Both the position numbers and the translations under genes were made by a program. This document shows, one piece after another, positions 25,216-37,900 of a stretch of DNA of 64,000 bases. Below the pieces are notes generated by a model. That model ran no database searches. It had not been told where the DNA came from and worked only from the letters and a program-made list of their open reading frames with translations. Numbering within the stretch: the stretch's first letter is position 1; every line of letters begins with the position of its first letter. The DNA is from a virus, in IMG/VR virus record IMGVR_UViG_3300045256_000282, positions 64,001 through 128,000 of that record. One strand, given 5' to 3'.

Positions 25216-26267
25216 AGCTAAGGAACGGCACAGTATTGCCATCAGGCTTACTAGGAACAACCTCCTCAAGTCGAGTTACGGCTTTCAATAAGACGTATCA
25301 AAACCACGCGATCAGGGCTGGCATCGTGGTTAAGCGGTACGAGATAGAAGACAAGTCAAACGTATCAAAGCTTGCAATCGAATACGACGTGATGGTTATC
25401 GAGCAGGATGCTAACATGGGTTCCACACCCATCTTGTACAAGAATTGTCTTTCAGCAGACGGCTTGGGTGCCATCGCAGACTTCTTTGAAAAGAAGTTTA
25501 GGAAGCAGAAAAAAGCCGACAAGAAGACCAGAGGAATGGATTTCGTAGGCCAAGATGGCGCTATCGTGCTTTTGATGTGCCTAGACGGAGCCGGAGAAAA
25601 GGCGTTGATAGTTGGTGGACTAAAGCATCCAGAGAGAAAGACTAAGTTAGTAGGCAAGGAAGAGATTCTTGCTGGTGAGTACAACGGTGTAGCAATTACG
25701 GTTGGAGAAGATGGCTCTTGCAACCTTACCTTTAAGGGCGCAACCAATAATGACGGAACACCAAAGGATTCGTCTCAAGGCAACACTACGGTAGACATTG
25801 AGAAAGACGGAAGTTTTCAGGTTAAGAATAAGGGCGTTACCCAGCGCATGGAGAAGGCTGGAAAATATTCTCTTACCACGGAAGATTCTACAACCGTAAC
25901 CGCCAAAAAAGAGATCTCTTTAAACACCGAAGATAAGTTTTCCTTAAAAGCAAAGTCTGACGCAAGCATCGAATGTGTTAAGATGGCTCTAAAAGCATCG
26001 GGTTCTGCAAACCTAGAGATGCAAAGCCTTGACCTAATGTCGCAGGGTGAGGCAAACCTAAAGGCTCAGATGTTCAGCATCGAGGCTCAGAGCTTAGCAA
26101 AAGTTAAGGCTAGCACGATCGTACTTGACGGTTTTGTTAGCCTTGGGTCTGCTGGGGGTACTCCAGCACTAACCCTAAACACGCAGTTCCTAGGTGTCGG
26201 AAATCTCGGCATACCAGTAATCAGCACCGCGATAGGTCCGTTTTCAACGAAAGTGACTATAATATGA
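25212..26267 (+). CDS. Baseplate central spike (gpV/gp5-like)
   Basis: N-terminal OB-like region (GAIVLLMCLDG...IVGGL-HP) followed by beta-helix-like repeats. Confidence 0.65.
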   Translation: MKLRNGTVLPSGLLGTTSSSRVTAFNKTYQNHAIRAGIVVKRYEIEDKSNVSKLAIEYDVMVIEQDANMGSTPILYKNCLSADGLGAIADFFEKKFRKQKKADKKTRGMDFVGQDGAIVLLMCLDGAGEKALIVGGLKHPERKTKLVGKEEILAGEYNGVAITVGEDGSCNLTFKGATNNDGTPKDSSQGNTTVDIEKDGSFQVKNKGVTQRMEKAGKYSLTTEDSTTVTAKKEISLNTEDKFSLKAKSDASIECVKMALKASGSANLEMQSLDLMSQGEANLKAQMFSIEAQSLAKVKASTIVLDGFVSLGSAGGTPALTLNTQFLGVGNLGIPVISTAIGPFSTKVTII

Positions 26268-26767
26268 TGTTCCCGATCTTGTGGGCCTTGGCCGCAGTTT
26301 TTATCTTAGTTTCATCTCTCGAGTTTCCTGGGATCTGTAAGATTACCAAGAGCAAGGTCTTTGAGTTTGTAAGGTTCATGGCCTGGGTGACTCTTATTAG
26401 GGTAGGAGTCGCCTACCTTTCTGGAGCACATTATAAAGATCCAGACCCAAACTCCCCCATGAATACGATCAACCTCTTGTTCACCTTAGGGGTTTTTTGG
26501 GAGGATGTCTTTTTTACTCTACCCATACTTATAGCGGAGAAGATGGGCGCATCAAAAGTTACTAAGGGCATGATGATAGCGCTAAGCTCAATGGCGTTCG
26601 CTTCTGGCCACATAGCGTACGGTTTTCCGTGGTCCTTGATTACATTGGCCTATGTACCATTTGTCTCATACAAGTACGGAAGAAAACACGGTTTAGGAAC
26701 AGTGATGATTTGTCACATCCTTTATGACGTCATCACCTTGGCAAGCGTAAGATATCTGATGCCATGA
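26264..26767 (+). CDS. CPBP (CAAX protease/Abi-family) intramembrane metalloprotease-like protein
   Basis: Multi-TM; WEDVFF, FASGH, HILYD resemble the three CPBP motifs. Confidence 0.65.
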   Translation: MMFPILWALAAVFILVSSLEFPGICKITKSKVFEFVRFMAWVTLIRVGVAYLSGAHYKDPDPNSPMNTINLLFTLGVFWEDVFFTLPILIAEKMGASKVTKGMMIALSSMAFASGHIAYGFPWSLITLAYVPFVSYKYGRKHGLGTVMICHILYDVITLASVRYLMP

Positions 26768-27036
26768 CAAAGAGAAGAGGACTTCGCATTTCTAACAAGG
26801 CTGAGATGGACGCTTTGATGGCCATGGAATCTTCCTTGTTTTATGTTACTTTTTTAGGAGACGCGGTGGTTTTAAAAAATCAGATTACCTTTAACAAGTC
26901 TCAAGCGGAAAAGTGTTACGTGATGGCGCTTAACCAGGCTGTTGCGATGATGAACTCAGCCAAGAGCTTAAGGCAAAAGATAGAAGCCTCCACTGCTTTT
27001 ATGAGTGTACAAATACTTCAGCTTAGGATACATTGA
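26764..27036 (+). CDS. Hypothetical protein
   Basis: ORF track; ATGA overlap. Confidence 0.55.
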   Translation: MTKRRGLRISNKAEMDALMAMESSLFYVTFLGDAVVLKNQITFNKSQAEKCYVMALNQAVAMMNSAKSLRQKIEASTAFMSVQILQLRIH

Positions 27037-27043
27037 GGATAGT

Positions 27044-28429
27044 ATGCCGTTAAATCAAGATGACAGGATAGCATTTTCAAAGAAGATAGTTGAAGCGCCC
27101 TTCTTAATCGCCGCTATCAACAAGTCTAAGGAGACTATCCTTACCGAAAAAGAGAAGGCTCAGAAGCTTGACGACGGCCATAAGAACCTGGTCGACTCCA
27201 AGACAGTTCTGGTAAACGCATACCAGGGTGAGCTTATAAAGCTTGACGGTATTACAAGATCAACTCTTACGGAACAAGATCAGCAGGACGCCGCAAACTT
27301 CGTTCTTGGAAACAACCTTTATCCTAATAATCCACAAAATCCTCCGCCAAGCACCGCGCCATCGGTATGGACAAAAACTAAGCCTTACGCAAGAAACTTA
27401 GCGGTTGGCAAATTTTACAACGAAGCTTACGGTGCAACTGTTACGAAAGAAAGTGATGTCATCGCACTTGCCACAGCGGACGTTACAACTATACAGTCCA
27501 CATATGCTTTGATCGAGCAGGTTACCGGGCAAACCTGTACAACTCCAGGTGGAACATGCTCTATTCCAATGTACGTTACTCAACCTACGTGCGTGATGAA
27601 CGGAGGAGTTTGGACTCCTGGAGTCGACACCATCGCAACATATCCGGCTGTTCAAACAGCGCTTACCAATCTTATATCCAAGGTAAATGACATCAGAGCT
27701 TTCTTGGTATCGGAGGCGGCTACGATCTACACATCAGACTCTGACAATACCAGAAAGACCGAGAGCTTGGCGGCCCTAAACAATATAAACAACGTCACGA
27801 TACCCGCCATCGACGCATGGCTCGCACTTCCAAACTTTAACACAGCCCATGGACAGACAACCTGCTCAGGCTTTTTTGGATACAATCCTACCCTCTTAGC
27901 TCCTACCAAGTTAAGTACGGCCAACATAAACGCACTGCTAACCGCTCTTTCGAACAGGGGTACGTTTGCTACCACAAGATCAGGGCAGCTATCTGGATAT
28001 CTTGGTTCCATAACCCAAAACCTTTCTTCTGGGGACGTAACTGGTTCCGGTCTATATTTTGAGAGGTTCTCTTTTATCCAGCTTAGGCTGAACCTGTTGG
28101 GCGGATCTCTTATAACCTTAAAGGGTTATGAGCGTGCGAACAATGCTCAGGATGATCAAATTTCAAACATCAACGCCGCAAAAGCAACCTACGAACTTAT
28201 CCTAAGATGCTCTGCGTTCTCAGCACCCGCGACAGGAACCAAGTTTCTTAGCGTGAAAAGCACGACCGGACTATCTGCTGGGGACAACGTTTACGTTATA
28301 GCTGACGGTCAACCTGAGCTTACTAGGACCATCGAATCTGTTTCTGGGAATAGGATAGTCTTTGGCCAACCCATACCAGCAAACTACAAAGACAGCTCGT
28401 TTGGGCGAGTTTATAAGGATCTCACATGA
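27044..28429 (+). CDS. Putative virion structural protein
   Basis: GAGG RBS before ATG 27044; Thr/Asn-rich; lies in the tail module. Confidence 0.6.
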   Translation: MPLNQDDRIAFSKKIVEAPFLIAAINKSKETILTEKEKAQKLDDGHKNLVDSKTVLVNAYQGELIKLDGITRSTLTEQDQQDAANFVLGNNLYPNNPQNPPPSTAPSVWTKTKPYARNLAVGKFYNEAYGATVTKESDVIALATADVTTIQSTYALIEQVTGQTCTTPGGTCSIPMYVTQPTCVMNGGVWTPGVDTIATYPAVQTALTNLISKVNDIRAFLVSEAATIYTSDSDNTRKTESLAALNNINNVTIPAIDAWLALPNFNTAHGQTTCSGFFGYNPTLLAPTKLSTANINALLTALSNRGTFATTRSGQLSGYLGSITQNLSSGDVTGSGLYFERFSFIQLRLNLLGGSLITLKGYERANNAQDDQISNINAAKATYELILRCSAFSAPATGTKFLSVKSTTGLSAGDNVYVIADGQPELTRTIESVSGNRIVFGQPIPANYKDSSFGRVYKDLT

Positions 28430-28528
28430 ATTTAGTTGACCTTTTTGTTCAATCTATGAAGATAGTTCTTGCTATGACCGTAGTTTCGGCGTTAGCTGGA
28501 ATCGTATTAGGTTTTGTTTTGATACACT

Positions 28529-29116
28529 TCACTCAAGACTAAGTTCGCAGCCGTCTAGCATCTCTTGCAGGTAATGGTCCAGATACTTCTTGATGCAGTA
28601 CTCGCTTGGCATCCTTGAGTGCATGATAGATCTTGGGCATTTGTCTTCAAAGTAGCCGTTTTCTAAAAGATCCTTAGCACCCCATTTTGAATTGGGCATC
28701 TCTAGGCCTTCTTTGGATTCTGGGTAGGTGCCCTTGTCGTAAGTATGGTCCCTGTTACATATGCAGTGACCTGCTTCGTGAAAAACCAGAATTTCTCTGA
28801 CCAAGTCGCTAGAGTGTTCCCAATATAGGGTGTCTACCTCTATCTCAGTACCGCTATCCTCTAGTTTTGAGCACAAACCCACGATGCTGCCTTCTTTGCC
28901 AATCTCCGATTTCCCGGCGGTCAACCCCTCAAATAGGTTTGGGTACTTTTTGTCAAAATGTTCTTCGACCCTTTTCTTGTAATCTAACAGATAAAAATGG
29001 ATATCCTTATCTATGTTATTGAATTTCTTAGATGTTTTGTTAAAATTTGAAGTAACACAGGAAGATACTGCCGATACAAAAAGGATAAAACTCAATAAGA
29101 TCTTATACTTAGTCAT
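28529..29116 (-). CDS. Lipoprotein zinc metallopeptidase (HExxH, metzincin-like)
   Basis: Signal peptide ending VSSC; FHEAGHCICNRDH and downstream SIM Met-turn. Confidence 0.7.
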   Translation of the reverse strand: MTKYKILLSFILFVSAVSSCVTSNFNKTSKKFNNIDKDIHFYLLDYKKRVEEHFDKKYPNLFEGLTAGKSEIGKEGSIVGLCSKLEDSGTEIEVDTLYWEHSSDLVREILVFHEAGHCICNRDHTYDKGTYPESKEGLEMPNSKWGAKDLLENGYFEDKCPRSIMHSRMPSEYCIKKYLDHYLQEMLDGCELSLE

Positions 29117-29302
29117 TTTCTTACCAGTTTCAGGTTATGTCTACCCTTTAGGTTTCCCTTAAAGGCTTTTTCCTAAATCCTAGGATATGACCCACAAGGA
29201 GGCCAGCTAGGAAAGAAAACACTGATATTATGATCATTAGTTGGCTTGCTTCTTTCATTTTGACACCAGCACAATCTTGAAGGTAGGATATCACGGAGTT
29301 AT

Positions 29303-31924
29303 ATGGCATTTAATTCATCGGACCCCTTCGGGCTAGGCAAACAGATTGAAGACGTAGGCAGGTCCATATCCGATGGCCTTAAGCAGCTTACCCAAGAAAT
29401 TCAGGCCGGTAGCGGCTCGGCTTCCCCTGGACCATGGACAGAGTTTAAGGCCTCAAAAGAGGGTATGTTCCCATCCGTCCAGATCGACGGCGATCGTTGG
29501 AACCAACTTTACCCTTACCGGCTCGTTGTGTGGGACGCCGAACTAAAAAAGATCGTAGGCGCTGGTTTTGGTCAGTCTTTAAAAGAAAAGTATCAAAAGA
29601 TAAGCCCAGACTCTTACAGGATAAGCTTTGAGCCTATGGCTAGCGCCTGGGAGTTTAGGCTTCCAATAACACCTCAGCAATATTCCGTCTCTACTCCATT
29701 CACAGCCGTTACAACTGCTACTCAGCGCGGAATAGTTGAAGAGCACGGCGGTATCAAGTTTAAGATGATCAACTGCTCTGGGAGCCTTGGTGTTTGGGCT
29801 AACAGAAAAAGCCTAAACGGTAAACCCGAAAATCCCTCGATCCTCACGACCCTTTTTTCTGGAACCATCGAAGCGTTTCAGGGGGTAACTAATCAGATCG
29901 ATAGGACCATCAGATCCATCACATCGAATCACCCAGCTCCCAAGCCAACAGAAAAAAACCCAGAAGGATCAGACCTCGAGTCAACAGGGTATTACCAGAT
30001 GCTTCTTCTGGATCAGTTTTTGGAGCAATACTCTGAGTTTAAGAAACAACCTTTTGCAAAAGATTGGAGACTTGTTCTTGATATCCCAAAAGAGAACCAG
30101 TCTTTCATTGTCACTCCTGTTCAGTTTACGTACAGCAAGTCTGCCGACTCTCCAAACGAAACCAAGTTTAACTTTCAGCTAAAAGCTTGGCGACGGATTG
30201 ACTTAGCTGAAAAGGTTGCTCCTGCTACCTTTGACGACCTCACGCTTACCCCAGACCTTCTTAGAAAAGTAATAACTGCTGTTGAAGAAGCTCGAAGAAC
30301 TATCGGCGCTTCCTATAACCTGATCAAGGCTGTTAGGTCAGATTTTCAAACTCCTTTCAACATCCTTAGAGAGATCTCATTATTTGCAAAAGATGCTGCA
30401 GGACTACCGGCAGCAGTTATTGATCTGCCAAGACAGATAATTCAAGATGCAAAATCGTCTTTAAAAGATTCGATGAACAATCTTGATGATGCCTCTATTC
30501 AGCTTAATACGGGAACTTCAAAATCCTTAAAAAGCAGCCTTGCTACGGTAAAATCAACCTTTTCTTCAAGAGAAGGTATCTCCGACGCAGCGGTAACCTC
30601 CGGCCAAGTGGGCCTTTCTGCTAAGACAGCTCTCGATACTGATCCGTCTATCGATATCTTTAATAACCCAGAACAAAACTTTGACCTGTTTAATCTTTTA
30701 AGCGTTACAGACGTAAACTTCAACTTTGCTCAACAAGAAAGAATAGACAGTGATCTTGAGACGATACGAAACACTACGGTGGACGATCTTATAACTAAGC
30801 GAACTCAACTTTTAGAGCTTGCTCTTCAAATATCCAACGCTTTTGGTGCAGGAAGTCAGGATTACTCTGACATCTACGATACTCCGACTCCGTACAAAAG
30901 AATTCAACAGATGACGATTGATGAGTTTAGTATTCTAAAAAGCATCTACGATTCTATACAAGCGCTAGATTCTATAACGTCAACCAACGAGCTTGATCAG
31001 GGTAAGAACGACAGCGCTTTTGAGTATGTAGGAAGCTTGGCTTCAGATTCTAACATACCCTTTGAAAACAGCTTATCTAAGATACGAGTTCCAGTTCCGT
31101 TTGGGTTAAACATGGAACAAATGGCCGCAAGGTTTCTTGGCAATCCTGAGAGATGGATCGAGATAGCAACTCTTAACGCCATGAGAAGCCCGTACATTGA
31201 CGAAGATGGTTTCTTTTACAACTTACTTTCAAATGCAGACGGAAGACAGTTTAACGTAGAAACTAATCAAAACCTTTATGTTGGACAAAAGATCGTTCTA
31301 TCAAGTCTAACCCAACCTCAGACTACTCGAAGAATCATCAACATTGAGCAGATCAGTCCGACCAACTTTCTTATCACCGCCGATGGCCTTGACAACCTCG
31401 ATGTCTTCACGACCAATGATAAGGCCAAGATGAGGGCTTACTTGCCAGGTACGGTTAACAGTCAGGATCAGATCTACATCCCTTCTGAACAAGATGTGAC
31501 CGAGACGTTTTTAAGCAGACCCGTCCCCGCAACCAAGGGTGACCCCCTTGTAGGGTTATCAAAGATTGACTGGCTTTTGACCGAATCCGGCGACATTGCT
31601 ACGGACGCTTACGGGGATTTTAGGTTAGCCTTTGGTATCTCAAATCTTATCCAGGCACTTAAGATGAAGTTTTCAACCCCACCAAACAGGTTGCTAACCC
31701 ACCCTGGATATGGTGCCGGGTTAACCCCAGGCATATCCACTGCCGATCTTAGAGATTCTGATGTGATTCGTCAGATAATCAAGTCTATTCAAAATGATCC
31801 AAGGTACGGTGATATCATAAGCTTAAATATCGATAGGGTTGGACCTAAGTACTCCATATCCTTATCGGTTACGTTGGCTGATGGAAGCGGCGTCTTTCCG
31901 ATCAACTTCGTACTAAACGGATAG
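29303..31924 (+). CDS. Baseplate protein with LysM-like and C-terminal gp25/GpW-like regions
   Basis: MEQMAARFLGNPERWIEIATLN; GISNLIQAL...HPGYG...IQNDPRY. Confidence 0.65.
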   Translation: MAFNSSDPFGLGKQIEDVGRSISDGLKQLTQEIQAGSGSASPGPWTEFKASKEGMFPSVQIDGDRWNQLYPYRLVVWDAELKKIVGAGFGQSLKEKYQKISPDSYRISFEPMASAWEFRLPITPQQYSVSTPFTAVTTATQRGIVEEHGGIKFKMINCSGSLGVWANRKSLNGKPENPSILTTLFSGTIEAFQGVTNQIDRTIRSITSNHPAPKPTEKNPEGSDLESTGYYQMLLLDQFLEQYSEFKKQPFAKDWRLVLDIPKENQSFIVTPVQFTYSKSADSPNETKFNFQLKAWRRIDLAEKVAPATFDDLTLTPDLLRKVITAVEEARRTIGASYNLIKAVRSDFQTPFNILREISLFAKDAAGLPAAVIDLPRQIIQDAKSSLKDSMNNLDDASIQLNTGTSKSLKSSLATVKSTFSSREGISDAAVTSGQVGLSAKTALDTDPSIDIFNNPEQNFDLFNLLSVTDVNFNFAQQERIDSDLETIRNTTVDDLITKRTQLLELALQISNAFGAGSQDYSDIYDTPTPYKRIQQMTIDEFSILKSIYDSIQALDSITSTNELDQGKNDSAFEYVGSLASDSNIPFENSLSKIRVPVPFGLNMEQMAARFLGNPERWIEIATLNAMRSPYIDEDGFFYNLLSNADGRQFNVETNQNLYVGQKIVLSSLTQPQTTRRIINIEQISPTNFLITADGLDNLDVFTTNDKAKMRAYLPGTVNSQDQIYIPSEQDVTETFLSRPVPATKGDPLVGLSKIDWLLTESGDIATDAYGDFRLAFGISNLIQALKMKFSTPPNRLLTHPGYGAGLTPGISTADLRDSDVIRQIIKSIQNDPRYGDIISLNIDRVGPKYSISLSVTLADGSGVFPINFVLNG

Positions 31925-31998
31925 GTAAAGACTGATGTTTTTAGTAGGATATGGCAAAGTAGGCAGAACCGAATCTTTAAAGAAGAGCAGGTAAAAAG

Positions 31999-34900
31999 AT
32001 GGCAACTCCGCAACCAAAGTCATACGAACAGTTTCTTGGCGACATGCTGAGAGCCTATATCGCAAAAACGGGCATTAACGACCTGAACACCGGGTCGGCT
32101 GTTACCGCATTCTATGAGGCCGTAGCCCTTGAGATCGCACGTACAAGCGGGGATGTGTTCCAGCTACTTAGGGACCTTTCGGTTGATCGAGCTAAGGGTG
32201 ATGCTCTTAGAAAGATCGCTAAGGACGAAGGTTTACAAGAACTCCCAGCTCGGGTTGCCTCTGGACAGGTTACGGTTACCGACACGTCCTTTTCAAAGAT
32301 CTCAACTAAGATCTACGCCGGAGCAAATCCCCCTAACATCGGATCAAACACCATCCTGGTGTCTGATGCGACAGATTTTCCTGCAGTTGGCAGTGTTTAT
32401 ATCGGCAGAGGAAGCCCTAACGTTGAAGGACCTATAGCTTACTCAGCCAAGACCCCTATCGGCGGTTATTGGGCCATCGTCCTTACCAGCCCTACTACAA
32501 AGTTTCATAACATAAACGAATCCGTTATCTTGGCTCAAGGTGGTGTTCGAAACATCCAGGCAGGAACCGTAGTACGCGCCCCCGCGTCCGGCTCTAGTCC
32601 AGATATCAACTTCTCTGTCACTAAGCCAGCGGTTATTCTTGACGGGGAAACGACGGTTGATGGCGTCCAAGTATCGGCTCAAGAGCCAGGTACGGGTGGG
32701 AACGTCCCTATCGGTGCTATCCGAGAATTTAGCGCAGACCCTTTTTCTGGCGCTTCCGTAACAAACGCACTCCCCTTTAAGACTGGGCGCGACGTTGAAA
32801 CAGATGAAGAACTTCAGATTCGAATCAAAAGAGCAAGACTATCAAAAGGACTTGGTACGGTTCTTGCGGTTAAAAACTCCGTTATCGGAGCAACTCCTTC
32901 TGATGAAAATGCCACAATCGTAAGTTCAGAGATCTTAACTAGTTCTGATGGGCTGACAACCCTGTTCGTGGATGACGGAACCGGGTACGAGTCAAAAACT
33001 AATGGCGTTGGGATCGAAGTTTTAGTCGATGCAGCCATCGGCGGTGAAGATCATTTCCAACTTAAAACGGGTGGAAGACAGACAAGCATCGCAAAAGCTT
33101 TTATCGTTAGTAACCTGAAGGCCCCGTTTGACGTTGCCGGTACCGACAAGCTTTCTATCTCTATCGGCGGCACCGTAACCGAGCACACCTTTTCTGATTC
33201 AGACTTCGTAAGCCCAGGTGGCGCTACCGGGTATGAGATCGTTGCATCTATCAATGCAAATACCGCACTAGGTTTTAGCGCTGCTACGGTAAACGGTGGA
33301 ACTCAGATTATCCTCTTTGGTAAGGTAGAATCAAACGAAGCAATTCAGGCGCAAGAAGTCACCTCTGGAAGAAACGTTGCTACCTTGATCGGTCTTCCTT
33401 CAAACAAGGTCGAAACTGCTCGTCTGTTTAAGAATAAGGTACCTCTAAGTAAGGATGGAGCAAAAGCAACTATAAGCTCCGCAAAGCAAGTTGATTGGTC
33501 AGCATCGATCGCTTCTGGAGACACCCTCATTCTTTCTGTTGATGGAACGGCCTCAATTACTTATTCTATCTTAGACGCAGATTTTATCGCTCAAGGAACT
33601 TACACTACGGTTTCTGCTGGAAACAGTCTTGAAAGCTGGGTTGCAGTACTCAACAATAAGCTGACAGGAGTTACGGCAGCAATCGTTGGCGAGAGAATCA
33701 CGATCACCTCGAATCTTGGCCAATCTAATCGCGCTAAGGTGTCAATTGATGCATCCTCCACTTTAGTTACCAAGGGTATGTTCAGCACAGCCGAAGGCTT
33801 GACGTCTTCTGGTAAGGCTGCAGACTATCAACTTTCTAGAAATACGGCGCAAGTCAGACTAAACACGCCGCTATCTGCCGGAGACAGCCTTACTGCAGGT
33901 ACTCAAGATACTGAAGCTAGGATTCAATCCTCTCGGATCTTAGGAGGAACGGTCACCCTCTCCTCAGACGCCTATTTTTGGCTAATGGTCGACGACGAGT
34001 TGGCTTCTTTGGTATCGACTGCGGTCGTAGCTAATACCATCATCAACGTCACAAAACCTTCTGCAAATATCGTAAGATACAGCTCAACTTCTCCTAGCGC
34101 CTTCTCCAACGTACAAGTTGGCGACTACGTTATCGTGTGGAGTCAAGAGCTTAGTGCAGCCAACCGACTTGAAGGCAGAGTACATGCAGTATCGGCCCTT
34201 AACTTGGATATAAAAGTAGCCTCCGCCGAATATGCCGCCGCTGTTGTCGAAGGTCCTATTGTTTTTCAAGACGGTTTTGTAGTTTTAAGAAGCAAAAAAG
34301 TTCCTCAAAAATTTAAAGTTGGAGCTGGCACTAAGAGCTTAAGTGAGATAGCTGATGAGCTAAATCTTCAATCAACCAACTGTAAGTTCTCAGTTTTTGA
34401 TGACGAGATTCTTGTACTTAATACACTTACAAAAACCGATAGCGGAGCTATCCTGGTTGTTACCGCAGACACGAACGCTAAGCCGATATCTTTGCCTGTC
34501 GGAACCTCTAATACCAGCAACGAATCACTATATGCTTTTTACGAGAGCGGTTTTATTGAGGGTGGATTTCCTCTTTTTGTTCATTCTGACTTTGCTAGTG
34601 ACTCAAGCGGAGTTCCTCCAGATTCTTACATCTCGTCAATCGGGACTGGAATTAACTTGTCTGCCGCTGGACTTGATCCCAACTTCATAGTTGGTTACTT
34701 GCAGCCGTACGGGAATATTTTGGACGCGCTTTCGCCATCAGAAAATACTCCCCTCGATAGCTATTCTGGATCTAACATCTCTATCGAGCAAGATAAGTTT
34801 GTTAAACGTCTCCGAGTAGGAGATCGCTGGTACGCAGCAAACCCTCTTGATTTTGGACAAGAAGAAGAGATGATCGTCGTTCTTGATGGGGATGCGTCAA

Positions 34901-37900
34901 ACAAAACGTTTACGGTTCCTTTTTATCGTAGAACGAAGACCAACTCCACCCTTGCAGTAAATCCTAACTCGTTTAACGCGTACGATCTTGACGCAGGACT
35001 TACCGCGCCTTTTACCACCTATTTCAGCTCTTCTTACAAGTTTGATAATTACAAGGTCTTAATGAGAGCAAGAAACGTACTGGACCCATCTGGGATTCAG
35101 AACGCCTTGCTCTACAGGTCCACCCAATGGGGTAGGTCTGGTGAGAAGGTTAATATTGGGTACATCTACCCAACGTCGGCCAATTCTCCGATCAGCAGCG
35201 TAGTTACGGTTGATAAGAACGTAAACATCTCCATCTCGCTAAAATCTGGCGCAACGATTCCGACCACTATTGACGGAAGCACCGAGTGGGATGTTACGAT
35301 TACCCCAAACACCCCTTCTGCAGGGATAGATCAGGTGACCTATTCTTGGACTGGTACGGGAAGCGCTCCTGGGCTTACCGGATTAGCTGGAGGAGAGTAT
35401 GTAAACATACTTTCCGGTTCTCAACTTGATCCAGCAAACACGGGCACGTTCAGGATCAGCACCGAGGCAGGCTTTGCACCAACCTCAACCAGCTTTACGG
35501 TAGCAAGACAGAATGGTTCCGCTGTTGCAGAATCAAACAAGGCAACTCTGGTGGCTAACGTGTTTAGCTTCTATGCCTCCTCTGCAACTACGGGGTCCGA
35601 AATACAGTCTTATGTTGCGTCTAGTCTTTCAAACTTCTTAGAAGCCACTATCGTTAACGACACCGGACTTAGCGGCGGTGGAACTATAGTATTGAGTACC
35701 TTTGAAGATAGCGGTTTTACCTATAGCAGCATCTTCTTGAAGGACGGCTTAAACTGGATCGCAAGCACTAACTTGGCGGGATCGCCTCAGTTTACATTCA
35801 AAAAATCCTTAGATCTTCCAACAGCTCAAGGGTACGCTTTTACTGACGGGGAAGAGATCAGACTTGTACCAACCAATCTGGAGCAACTAGTTTCATTCTT
35901 AAACGTACTGGCCGTGACCGGATACACGACTCTTGGTAGGATCAATACTACCCGAAGAGACGGAAGACTAGAATTGTCTACTAAAACGCTCGGTGGAGAT
36001 GGGTCTGTTCAGGTGGTAGGCGGTCAAGCAAATGCCTCCGAAACTCCAGTGCTAGGCACTTCTCTTGTTTCGGAAAACAAGTACGTATTAACAAACGTGA
36101 ACAAGTCTGGATTAGACGGACTTCATAGCGATCAGTGGGTTAGACTTGAATCTGCGAACAAGCAAAAGAAGGAAACTCTTTTCAAGTCTTCCATGAGTGT
36201 CCGTATCGAATCAAACGTCCCTACCTCCAACCAATCTACGATAACTTTAGGGAACAGGACACTAGCCGATCGACACTTTGGGAAGCCAAGACACCACGTC
36301 CGTACTCGTTCGCGCAACTTTAAGGTTGAGCGTCAGGGTAACCTCACATGCTTTAGCTGGGACGGAACTGGAACCCAGCCCTTTTTTGAAAAGCTAGTAA
36401 ACTTAGACGACGCCTCTGGCGGAACTCTTAACGTTCAAAGGGTAACCGGAACAAGCGAAACACAGTACATCATCTTGACCGGCAACACCAACTTTACTGA
36501 GGTTTCTATCGGCGATCTGATCTCCGTACAGAACATGCTAAAATCAGCAAACAACGGCACGTTTCTGGTTACCGGCGTAAGTTCTGATGGTAAGATCTTA
36601 AGAGTGCTTAATGCTAACGGACAAGATCAGTTCTCAACCGGAACTTTTACGATCACGGACAACACAGATATCTCAGGAGACTCCTTCATAGTTAACGGAA
36701 ACGTTCTTATCGCAGGAGTTGACTTTGTCGTTGGCGGATCTGCGTCTGTTTCTGCTCAAAACCTAGCGTCAACGATCTCAGCACTTCCTGGAGTTAGCGC
36801 TACCTCATTCGGTAACGTTGTGACCATCCTTGCTGACAACGCTTCGGCAAATATCACGATCTCCTACGTCAATACCGTAGGTTCTCCGGGTGCCGTAGCA
36901 TCTGGACCCTCTCTTGCCGGGGACACCTTTTCTTCTGGAGACTTCTCTTGCACTACAGAGGTTGCAGAAAACGATACCATCATCATTGGATCGCCTTTCA
37001 ACATCCTGAACCAAGGAAAGTACAGGATTGTTAGACGTTACAATAACTCCTTCTATGTTGAAAATCTAAACTCGGTAGAAGAACTAGTTTCCATACCTTA
37101 CAACCCAGTATCTTTGGGTTTTGACGGAACAACCGGGTTTGACATCGTAGCTTCTGATAATAAGATCGTCCTGTCTTGGGACGGATCTGGAACAGAGCCA
37201 CAACTAGGAAACGCTAAGGTTGGCGATGAGATTACCTTCGGATCAGACTTCGCAGCTTCTAACCAAGGCACTTGGATGGTTAGTAAGTCTCAAGGTAAGT
37301 TAAAAGAAGTTACAAAGATCACAACGCCGCAAGGAAGCTTGATCGGTGCTGGTCAGTATTTCTATCTAAACGCAGCAGAAGATTCCACCCTTTACTATGT
37401 TTGGTATAAGGTGAACGGTATTGGTGTAGACCCTGCCGTCGTGGGCAGAACCGGAATCCTAGTAAATATCGCTTCTACAGACACTTCTTCTCAGGTGGCT
37501 TCTTTAACTGCGGCAGCCATCGATGTGTTGGCAGACTTTGTTGCCACTTCGTCGGGAAGTTCTGTTAGGGTCACTAACGCAGCCTTTGGACCTTCTACGG
37601 ATGCAGCAAATATCAACGTGGGTGGCGGCATAGTTATCCAGGTTGTTCAACAAGGACAAAGAACCTCTCTTGAAGCGATTAACGCTGCGGCAGTAAGCGA
37701 ATCTGGAATTGTCGTAACTGACGTTCTTGAGATTCACAGACCTCCTTTCTTAACTTACGAGTATGAGGCCACGGTTGCAGACGATACGTTCATGATAACA
37801 AGTGACTTCTTAGGATCTTCAAATCAGGGTAACTGGAAAGTTCTTTCTGTTCTTGATCAAGACCGCATCGTGGTTAGCGGCGCTATGTCGGATCTTGACC

